DNA of 61,933 bases, the filler included. It is 3 parts of 3 records of this genome, joined end to end, with 100 filler letters (N's around TTAATTAATTAA, not from the genome) between each part and the next. Parts side by side here need not be neighbours in the genome. Positions count along the whole stretch, not along the records: positions 53,398 to 61,933 come from SRR22947727_1987; 2 more parts are not named here. One strand, written 5' to 3'. The notes under the pieces were generated by a model. That model was not told the origin of the DNA. It did no database searches and saw only the letters and a program-made list of their open reading frames with translations. This document shows, in pieces, positions 54,591 through 61,933 of the stretch. Within the stretch, counting starts at the first letter, position 1. Every line of letters starts with the position of its first letter. Both the position numbers and the translations under genes were made by a program.

Positions 54591-55441
54591 GCAGGCTCCT
54601 TTGGGATGAACGCTTCCCGGTGCTGCGACTCGAAGGGAGTGGCAGTCGCACGTTTCTTCAAGGTCAGACGAGTGCCGACGTTCAGCAGGCTGAGGAAGGT
54701 GATCTCCTTCCTGCCTGCTGGCTTGATGCCACCGGACGGGTGCAGGCCCTGCTTGAAATCCGCATGGACGCCACAGGCGCTGATGTGCTCGTTCTCGCTG
54801 GAGCGGTGGATGCCGTAAGCCAAGGGTTCGATCGCGTGATCTTTCCCGCCGACCGCGTCCGCCTCAAAGGGACCCGCCAACAACGCAGACAAGAGCTCCT
54901 GGTTCAAGGCCAGCCAATGGAGCCGTTCAATGTGTGCTGGATAGAGGATGAGCCGAACCAAAGCGATCGCTTCCCCGCCAGTGAGGCCGCCAACACCAAC
55001 CAGCTCGATCGTTGGCGCCTGGAACAGGGGTGGCCTCTCGGTGCTGGTGAATTGGATGGAACCACCAATCCCTTTGAACTGGGCCTCTCCCCCTGGGTCC
55101 ACCTCAACAAAGGGTGTTATCTGGGGCAGGAAACGGTGGCAAAGCTCTCTTCAAAAGGGGAAGTCAAACAACAACTGCGGAGTTGGCGCGCTTTCTCCAG
55201 CGATCTTCAGGGGACTCACCCTGAGCGCGGCACCGTGCTGCGACGCCAGGGGGACCGCGCTGGTGTCATCACCTCCGCTGTTGAGATTGCGTCTGCTGAT
55301 GGGTCGCCCCAGGAATGGATTGGCCTCGCCCTGGTGCGCCGACAAGCATTGGCAGATCCCCAACTCACACTCGACGGCGATCAAGGAACGATTCAGCTGT
55401 TTAAACCGCAGGCCTTTTCCGAGCCACCCTCCCGCGCTTAG
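54587..55441 (+). CDS. ygfZ: Folate-binding protein YgfZ (GcvT-like)
   Basis: [15 protein letters not shown] signature, GVITS. Confidence 0.92.
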   Translation: MSRLLWDERFPVLRLEGSGSRTFLQGQTSADVQQAEEGDLLPACWLDATGRVQALLEIRMDATGADVLVLAGAVDAVSQGFDRVIFPADRVRLKGTRQQRRQELLVQGQPMEPFNVCWIEDEPNQSDRFPASEAANTNQLDRWRLEQGWPLGAGELDGTTNPFELGLSPWVHLNKGCYLGQETVAKLSSKGEVKQQLRSWRAFSSDLQGTHPERGTVLRRQGDRAGVITSAVEIASADGSPQEWIGLALVRRQALADPQLTLDGDQGTIQLFKPQAFSEPPSRA

Positions 55442-56940
55442 CTCGGGCGTTGATCACCGCTCAACAACCATTGCGCCACCGCCCATGTGGCCAAGCCATC
55501 GTCGCGGTTGTACGTGAGGATCCAACGCAAGGCATGACTGGAGCCCCGCGCCTTAACCCCCTCACCACGCCACTGACGCCACCACAACAGAGCCCTTGCT
55601 CCATCCACTCCTGCCTGGCCCCATTTGAATCCTCTCCAGCCCGCTACGGCCTTGAGGCCATAGCTGCTAAGGGGAAGTTGCCAATGGGCACGCAAGCGGG
55701 CATGAACATCAATCAACCTCTCCCGCAGGGCTTGCTGTTCTGTCTCTGAAACGCCTTGGCGTTTGGCCATACGCAACAGGGCCAACGACTCGGTTTCGCC
55801 GTAATGAAGAATCAACCAATCGGGATAGGTGGCAAGAAAACGCTGGATCCTTTGCCAGCAGCGCTTCTCACCATGCTCTTGAAGCACCAGCAGCGGGTGG
55901 TAGGTGGCACGCGTCAGATCCCAACTAGAGACTCCGTCATTCGCCAACCCGTTCTTGGGCAAGCGGACAAAACCGTGCAAAAAGTCATCGCGCGCATCCG
56001 GATCTGATTCGATGTCGTAGAGCAACACCCCTGGAGCATTCCGCAATTCAGGCAAGGCGGGAAGCGCATCAAGACGCTCCACAACCCCATCGCGTTGAAC
56101 ACGGGCTTGGGCTACCAAAGGGGCCGCCATCGCCGCGTGCTGTTCACCGAAGCGCTTGAGCTGCCCAGCGAGATCCTTGGGGTTGGCTGCTGCCAAAGCC
56201 TGAAGGCTATTGACCCCAATGTCTTGAAGCATCTCCCGCCTTTTGGCGCCAATTCCACTCACTTCACTGAGATGCCCTTCTTGAGACGCAACGTCGTTGC
56301 AGAGCCCCCGCCAGCTGCAGAGGGTGCACTTGCGACGATCTGCCGTCAAAGCTGGCGGATCGGTTCTGTTCAGATCGGCTGACAGTCGCAGCAGAGAGTC
56401 GTCGAGCTGGCGATTCAAGCTGTTGCCAAGCGGTAAGCGCTCACGCTCTAAACGTCGCCCCGACCCTGCCAAGGCAAGGCCATCAGGCACAGGCCCACCC
56501 TGAAATTCAGCCAACAAGCGTCCAGCCAAAGCAAGCTGGAAACGGTGTTCTCGGGTTAAGCGGCGGCCCTGCCGAGCGATCACGGGCCGATAGGCAAAGT
56601 CCCCCCAACGACTCGCCCCTTTCACCCTCTCCAGCAGAGGCGGATGGGCTTCTAGAGCCGCACCCTTTAGGGATGAGTCGTCCGGCATAACAGCGCGCAA
56701 CCTCACCCCGACAACTCCGGCATCTCCGCGCTCGCAAGCCGCCAGGCCATGGCCTGGCTTACCCGGCAGCAAGGCCACAAAACTGCGCTGTTGGTCATCC
56801 AACTGCAAAGTGCGATGCGCGGTGTAAAGGCGATCATCTGGATTGGCATGGCGGTCGAGCCATGCCCTCCTTCGGCAGCGCACCCAGCTGCGCAGCAACC
56901 TGTCGGTGAGTGGCTTGTCAGCGTGAGGGGTGGCACCCAT
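55438..56940 (-). CDS. TM0106-family RecB-like putative nuclease with a C-terminal RNase H-like domain
   Basis: RSWVRCRRRAWLD, CTLCSWRGLC, HhH VSGIGAKR, YDIESDP, HYGETE, SYGLKAVA, YNRDD. Confidence 0.88.
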   Translation of the reverse strand: MGATPHADKPLTDRLLRSWVRCRRRAWLDRHANPDDRLYTAHRTLQLDDQQRSFVALLPGKPGHGLAACERGDAGVVGVRLRAVMPDDSSLKGAALEAHPPLLERVKGASRWGDFAYRPVIARQGRRLTREHRFQLALAGRLLAEFQGGPVPDGLALAGSGRRLERERLPLGNSLNRQLDDSLLRLSADLNRTDPPALTADRRKCTLCSWRGLCNDVASQEGHLSEVSGIGAKRREMLQDIGVNSLQALAAANPKDLAGQLKRFGEQHAAMAAPLVAQARVQRDGVVERLDALPALPELRNAPGVLLYDIESDPDARDDFLHGFVRLPKNGLANDGVSSWDLTRATYHPLLVLQEHGEKRCWQRIQRFLATYPDWLILHYGETESLALLRMAKRQGVSETEQQALRERLIDVHARLRAHWQLPLSSYGLKAVAGWRGFKWGQAGVDGARALLWWRQWRGEGVKARGSSHALRWILTYNRDDGLATWAVAQWLLSGDQRPS

Positions 56941-56992
56941 CAACCGACGGTAAGGCGGCCAGCTGCTAGATCCTGTGCATCGATTGCAACCC

Positions 56993-58456
56993 ATGGTGTC
57001 TTCCCCTCTTCCACTGGACGCCTCTCCGATCCGGTTTGGTACCGATGGTTGGCGAGGGATTTTGGGGGTGGATATCACGGTGGAGCGATTGCTTCCTGTT
57101 GCCGTCGCCGCAGCCCAGGAGCTCGCCCACCAGGCACCTCAAGGCTTAAACAGCAACACTGTGGTGATCGGCTACGACCGCCGCTTCCTCGCCCCTGAAC
57201 TCGCCGAAGTTGTAGCTGCAGCCGTCCGCGGCTGCGGCCTGGAACCGCTTCTCACCGATACGGCCGTTCCCACACCGGCCTGCAGCTGGGCAGTCGTGGA
57301 ACGCCAATCACTCGGAGCACTTGTGATCACGGCCAGCCACAACCCTCCGGAATGGCTTGGGCTCAAAATTAAAGGCCCCTTTGGTGGATCGGTGGAGGGC
57401 ACCTTCACTGCTGCGGTGGAGAGGCGGCTGGCCGCTGGAGGCATCACCGTGCCGGTGGCTGGCAGTAGCGAACGATTTGATGGCCGCGGAGAACATCTCG
57501 CAGGATTACGAACCAAATTTGACCTCCAAGCTCTGACCGTTGGCCTGCGGACCATGGGTCTCCACGTGTTCGTCGATCCCATGCATGGCTCGGCAGCCTG
57601 CTGCGTGTCAGACCTATTGGGCGACGACGCCAAGGATCTGATCACCGAGATCCGAACCAACCGTGATCCCCTATTCGGTGGATGTGCACCGGAACCCCTG
57701 GCCCCTCACCTCGGGGAACTGATGGCTGCAGTAAAAGCCTCAAAAGCAGAGGGCCGCCATGCCGTTGGCCTGGTCTTTGATGGCGATGGCGACCGCATTG
57801 CCGCGGTGGATGAAAACGGAGGGTTCTGTAGCACCCAGCAGTTGATGCCACTGCTGATCGATCACTTGGCTCGTGCCAAAAACCTGCCTGGATCGGTGGT
57901 GAAAACGGTGAGCGGTTCCGACCTCATGCGCCTTGTTGCGGAAGATCTGGGCCGGAAGGTCCTTGAACTGCCTGTGGGCTTCAAGTACATCGCGGCTGAA
58001 ATGTTGGCCGGAGAGGTGCTGATCGGCGGAGAGGAGTCCGGCGGCGTGGGATTTGGCATGCACCTGCCAGAGCGGGACGCCCTGTTTGCCGCCGTGCTCG
58101 TGCTCGAAGCGTTGGTTGAAGGGAAGCAGCCCCTTGGCGAGCGCATGAAAACCATCCAAGAGCGGTGTGGTGGCGAAGCTCACTACGACCGCCTCGATCT
58201 CCGCCTCGCCGACATGGAGTCCCGCCGCCGGCTGGAAGCCCTTTTGGCTGACACGCCTCCCCAAGAGGTCGCTGGATGCCCTGTCCTCGAGGTGGTCACC
58301 ACAGACGGCGTCAAACTCAGGCTCGGCCCAAGCCATTGGCTAATGCTGCGCTTTTCTGGAACAGAGCCCTTGCTTCGCCTGTATTGCGAAGCCCCAAGCC
58401 CGTCGCGAGTCGAGGAGGTTCTGAGCTGGGCCCGCACCTTTGCAGCCGCCATATGA
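56993..58456 (+). CDS. Phosphoglucomutase/phosphomannomutase family protein
   Basis: FGTDGWRG, TASHNP, FDGDGDR, GGEESGG, RFSGTEP. Confidence 0.95.
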   Translation: MVSSPLPLDASPIRFGTDGWRGILGVDITVERLLPVAVAAAQELAHQAPQGLNSNTVVIGYDRRFLAPELAEVVAAAVRGCGLEPLLTDTAVPTPACSWAVVERQSLGALVITASHNPPEWLGLKIKGPFGGSVEGTFTAAVERRLAAGGITVPVAGSSERFDGRGEHLAGLRTKFDLQALTVGLRTMGLHVFVDPMHGSAACCVSDLLGDDAKDLITEIRTNRDPLFGGCAPEPLAPHLGELMAAVKASKAEGRHAVGLVFDGDGDRIAAVDENGGFCSTQQLMPLLIDHLARAKNLPGSVVKTVSGSDLMRLVAEDLGRKVLELPVGFKYIAAEMLAGEVLIGGEESGGVGFGMHLPERDALFAAVLVLEALVEGKQPLGERMKTIQERCGGEAHYDRLDLRLADMESRRRLEALLADTPPQEVAGCPVLEVVTTDGVKLRLGPSHWLMLRFSGTEPLLRLYCEAPSPSRVEEVLSWARTFAAAI

Positions 58457-59073
58457 GCAACCGCGTTCTGGTGATTGCCAGCGGTAACGCCGGCAAAATT
58501 CGAGAGTTTTCGAACCTGCTGCAACAGATGCCCCTGCAGGTGGATCCACAACCCGAAGGGATCGAGGTGGAAGAAACCGGAATCACCTTCCGCGATAACG
58601 CCCTCCTTAAGGCAAGGGCCGTTGCCGAAGCCACTGGCCATTGGGCACTCGCTGATGATTCAGGCCTGAGTGTCGATGCACTTGGCGGTGCTCCGGGGGT
58701 TTACTCCGCGCGGTACGCAGACTCCGACCCAGCACGCATTCAACGCCTGCTCAGAGAGTTGGGGGATCGCAACGACCGCCAGGCACGCTTTAGTGCGGCG
58801 TTGTGTATCGCAGCACCTGACGGCAGCGTGCTGGCAGCAGTGGAGGGGCACTGCGAAGGATCGATCACCTTCAGGGCTCGCGGGACGCAAGGGTTCGGGT
58901 ACGACCCCGTATTCGAGGTCAAAAACAGTGGACTCACCTTTGCTGAAATGACTCTGGATCACAAAAAACAACACGGGCATCGAGGGCGCGCCTTTGCCCT
59001 GCTAAAGCCAGAGCTGGAGAAGCTTCTCGCCAACGCGCCAAGCCAAGACGCGAGCACAAGGCCAAAGCCCTAA
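58453..59073 (+). CDS. rdgB: Non-canonical purine NTP pyrophosphatase (RdgB/HAM1)
   Basis: ASGNAGK, ADDSGLSVDALGGAPGVYSARY, GFGYDP, HRGRA; ATGA overlap with the upstream gene. Confidence 0.95.
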   Translation: MSNRVLVIASGNAGKIREFSNLLQQMPLQVDPQPEGIEVEETGITFRDNALLKARAVAEATGHWALADDSGLSVDALGGAPGVYSARYADSDPARIQRLLRELGDRNDRQARFSAALCIAAPDGSVLAAVEGHCEGSITFRARGTQGFGYDPVFEVKNSGLTFAEMTLDHKKQHGHRGRAFALLKPELEKLLANAPSQDASTRPKP

Positions 59074-59115
59074 CAGAACAACCCTGTACGGTGCCCCTTG
59101 CTACTGACGAGGTCT

Positions 59116-60153
59116 ATGGCCATCGCCATGACCACGGGTTACAGCGCGCAAACCGAGGGCGCACGCCTCTGCATCGATGCCGCCTCGGACTGGGCCCTGA
59201 CTTGTGTTGATCAATTAACGAACGATTCCAGCTATGTGCTGATGGATTACGGCGCTGCCGACGGCGGCACCGCTGTTGGGCTGTGGTCTCAGGTTTTGGA
59301 TCGGCTGCACAAACGCCAGCCCAAAGCCCATCTCACCTTGATCGGCAACGATCTTCCAAGCAACGACAACGTTGCCCTAGCCGAAAACATTGCCAAGCAG
59401 CTGGGTCGCCCTCCCAATCCCACCGTGCTGGTGAGTGCTCGCAGCTTCTATGAGCCCCTAGTGGCCCCTGAGACCGTGAGTTTTGGCTTCTCAGCCACAG
59501 CCATGCATTGGTTGAGTGAATCCCCTGGCCCCCTCAACACGCACACCCACGTGCTCGCCTCAGACGACAAGGAGGCCCTTGAGCGCTTCACGGCGCAAGC
59601 GATGAAGGATTGGGCCAGCGTCCTCGAACTGCGCAGCGTGGAGCTCGCCGTGGGCGGCCGCCTGCTCACCGTGAATTTGTCCCGTGATGAAGAAGGCCGA
59701 TACCTCGGTCATAACGGTGGAGTCACTCGCAACGTTCATGACCAGCTGCATCAGATCTGGCGCAGCCTGGCTGATGAAGGCGTGATCAGCGAAGAGATCT
59801 ACCGCAAGGGAACGATCTTGAACTTCTACAAGTCTCCGGAGGAGTTCATGGCTCCCCTCAAGGACAAGACTTCAGCGGCCTACCTCAATGGCCTCAGGCT
59901 CGTTGATGAGCGCACGGTCCACGTGCCCTGCCCCTATCGCAAGCGTTGGAACGAAGACGCCGACACCGCATCTTTCTCCGAAGGACTGATGGCGACGATC
60001 CGCAGCTGGAGCCGCCACAGTTTTGCCTCCGTCGCTGGTGATGAGACAGCGGATCTCGTGTATGAGCGCTTAAAGCAGCGCATTGCAGCCTCCCCAGAGG
60101 AGTGGAGCCTCGATTACGTGGAGCACCACCAGATCATGGAGCGTGTGGCCTGA
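59116..60153 (+). CDS. SABATH/Methyltransf_7-family SAM-dependent methyltransferase
   Basis: DYGAADGG, NDLPSND, SFYEPL...FSATAMHWLS, QAMKDWASVLELRSVELAVGGRL all match SABATH signature blocks; GAGG precedes ATG 59116. Confidence 0.88.
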   Translation: MAIAMTTGYSAQTEGARLCIDAASDWALTCVDQLTNDSSYVLMDYGAADGGTAVGLWSQVLDRLHKRQPKAHLTLIGNDLPSNDNVALAENIAKQLGRPPNPTVLVSARSFYEPLVAPETVSFGFSATAMHWLSESPGPLNTHTHVLASDDKEALERFTAQAMKDWASVLELRSVELAVGGRLLTVNLSRDEEGRYLGHNGGVTRNVHDQLHQIWRSLADEGVISEEIYRKGTILNFYKSPEEFMAPLKDKTSAAYLNGLRLVDERTVHVPCPYRKRWNEDADTASFSEGLMATIRSWSRHSFASVAGDETADLVYERLKQRIAASPEEWSLDYVEHHQIMERVA

Positions 60154-61217
60154 TGACCATGGCCTCTCTGCAATCCGCCGGCACCCCTGAGGTGTCGGTG
60201 CTGGCTCAACATGTCTCCGACCATCTCTCGGTGTTCGTGGTAGCCGAAAGCAGCGATACCGGCAAACCCGCTAACGGCGGCCTGCGGCTGCTCAATTACT
60301 CCAGTGATGAAGCCTGCATCGCCGACGGGCATCGGTTGGCCAGTCTGATGACCCATAAGCACGATCTTTACGGAACGGGCTTTGCTGGCGGCAAAATTGT
60401 TGCCAGGGCTGCGGAGCCCGCTTCTGTTAAAGATGAGTTGATCAGCGTCACCGCTGAGCTGCTTCAATCCTTGAACGGCGCCATGATCACAGGCTGTGAT
60501 CTCAACACAAGCCTGGAAGACATGGAGCGATTGATGTCGCTAACGCCTCATGTTTTGGCGGCCGTTGGAAGCCCTGTGGATGCAAGCGCCGCGACCGCTT
60601 TCGGAACCGTGGGAGCCGTTGAGGCGGTGCTCGCTCAATCTCTTACAGAAGCAACGCCAGGCAGGGCCCTGGTGCACGGATGTGGAGCCGTGGGTGGAAC
60701 GGTGGCGAAAACCCTGATCCAGCACGGCTGGGACGTCTTCACCGTTGACATGGATCCAGAGCGGGCGGGGCTTCCCGGCGCGACACCCCTTCCCCCCAGC
60801 AGCCCGTGGTGGGACCAGGAACTCGACCTCCTCTTGCCCTGCTCGATCTCCGGTCTGATCGACCCGGAGATGGCCAGCTCTTTGCAGGTCAAAGCGATTG
60901 TTCCAGCCGCCAATGCTCCGTTCCAGAAACCCGAAACTGCCGAAGATCTGCGTCGTCGCAGCATCCGCGTCCTGCCCGATCCACTTGTGAATGCTGGCGC
61001 GGTCATTGCCGACTCGATCGAGCGCTTCTCGCCTGAGGCCTGGGACAAGGCCACACCTCAGCAGGTGTACGACTTTGTACGCCACGAAGTGCGTCAGCGC
61101 GCCACGGATTTCTTAAAACAACGGGGAGATGGTCTGACTGTCAGTGACGCACTGGTTGAAGTTGCCGCCCACAGCGGTAAAGATCCCATAGGACTCAGCT
61201 TCGGAATAGCCGCATGA
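60153..61217 (+). CDS. Glu/Leu/Phe/Val (ELFV) amino-acid dehydrogenase family protein
   Basis: PANGGLR, LMTHK, FAGGKIV, TGCDLNT, ATAFG, HGCGAVG (NAD binding), LLLPCS, PAAN, PDPLVNAGAVI; TGATG overlap with the methyltransferase. Confidence 0.88.
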   Translation: MTMASLQSAGTPEVSVLAQHVSDHLSVFVVAESSDTGKPANGGLRLLNYSSDEACIADGHRLASLMTHKHDLYGTGFAGGKIVARAAEPASVKDELISVTAELLQSLNGAMITGCDLNTSLEDMERLMSLTPHVLAAVGSPVDASAATAFGTVGAVEAVLAQSLTEATPGRALVHGCGAVGGTVAKTLIQHGWDVFTVDMDPERAGLPGATPLPPSSPWWDQELDLLLPCSISGLIDPEMASSLQVKAIVPAANAPFQKPETAEDLRRRSIRVLPDPLVNAGAVIADSIERFSPEAWDKATPQQVYDFVRHEVRQRATDFLKQRGDGLTVSDALVEVAAHSGKDPIGLSFGIAA

Positions 61218-61933
61218 CTTCCACCTCTCTCCCCGCTAGCGCAGCAGTGGTGATCATCGGGGGCGGCATGGCCGGCCTCAGCTGTGCCGCATCACTCGCG
61301 CGCCGAGGAATCAGCGACGTCATTCTTCTTGAAGGCAAAACGCTGGCCCATGCGAGAGCCAGCAGCTTCGGCGAAACGCGAATGTTCCGGGAAATGTATT
61401 CCGACCCGGTGCTTTGCCGTCTCGCTCAGGAAGCCAATCGGCTTTGGCGGGACGAGGAGACCCATGCCGGTGAAATTTTGCGTGACACCCATGGCCTTCT
61501 CTTCTACGGAGAAAGCTGGGATGAAGAGACGATCGAAGGATCGATCCCCGGCGCTCGCAACGTGATGGACGATCAGGGCATTCCCTATGAAGCCCTCAAT
61601 GCTGCTCAGATCGCAGAGCGCTTCCCGCTGAAACCAAAAGCCGATTTCACAGGACTGTTCGAACCCACCGCTGGTGCCGTCCGCAGCGACAAAGTCATTG
61701 CCCATTGGGTTCGCACCGCTCGTACAGCAGGCCATCAGCTCGTCGAACACAGCCCTGTTAGCAGCATTGATGCTGACGGCGGCGGCGTCACCCTCGAAAG
61801 CGGTCATCACATCAGTGCTGGGCACGTTGTTGTGGCCTGCGGCATTTGGAGTCAACTCCTGCTGACCCCGCTAGGGCTGGCTCCAAAACTGGAAATCTGG
61901 CCAATGCTTTGGGCCCACTACACCGTGGATCCA
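61214..61933 (+). CDS. FAD-dependent amine oxidase of the monomeric sarcosine oxidase/pipecolate oxidase/NikD family, runs off the window end
   Basis: Absent from the ORF track because it has no stop. Manual translation: MTSTSLPASAAVVIIGGGMAGLSCA...SSFGETRMFREMY...GLLFYGESWDEETIEGSIPGARNVMD...ACGIWS. ATGA overlap with the dehydrogenase. Confidence 0.9.
   Translation, partial: MTSTSLPASAAVVIIGGGMAGLSCAASLARRGISDVILLEGKTLAHARASSFGETRMFREMYSDPVLCRLAQEANRLWRDEETHAGEILRDTHGLLFYGESWDEETIEGSIPGARNVMDDQGIPYEALNAAQIAERFPLKPKADFTGLFEPTAGAVRSDKVIAHWVRTARTAGHQLVEHSPVSSIDADGGGVTLESGHHISAGHVVVACGIWSQLLLTPLGLAPKLEIWPMLWAHYTVDP

Noticed and set aside
55438-56940. TM0106 nuclease as a defence or mobile-element gene
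   Set aside because: It is flanked by core housekeeping genes (ygfZ, phosphohexomutase) with no island features.
61292-61855. 187-aa minus-strand ORF
   Set aside because: It is the shadow of the plus-strand flavin oxidase, which has clear motifs and translational coupling.

Overview
The window is not one locus. It is three unrelated contigs joined by two artificial 100-nt spacers (44 N + TTAATTAATTAA + 44 N, at 31003-31102 and 53298-53397). Segment 1 (1-31002) looks like a PVC-superphylum (Verrucomicrobia/Planctomycetes-like) glycan degrader. It has five sulfatases, two BNR/sialidase-fold proteins, a SASA esterase, a GH81 beta-1,3-glucanase, a TonB receptor, an enolase/SSS/creatininase cluster, several decayed genes and a family of short palindromic repeats. 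It also has a thioredoxin-like gene with an in-frame UGA in a UxxC motif plus a SECIS-like hairpin, which is probably a selenoprotein. Segment 2 (31103-53297) is marine gammaproteobacterial housekeeping DNA: msrB, pdxB, epmC, tusA, aroC, prmB, folE, sixA, htpG, sucCD, lpdA, sucAB, sdhCDAB, gltA. Segment 3 (53398-61933) is picocyanobacterial (Synechococcus-like): pyrE, ygfZ, a TM0106 nuclease, a phosphohexomutase and rdgB. It ends in a translationally coupled three-gene operon: a SABATH-type methyltransferase, an amino-acid dehydrogenase with an acidic side-chain pocket, and a NikD-like flavin oxidase. My best candidate for an undescribed system is that this operon makes homarine (lysine -> piperideine-2-carboxylate -> picolinate -> N-methylpicolinate). 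All family and taxonomic calls come from motif recognition by eye; no database search was run.
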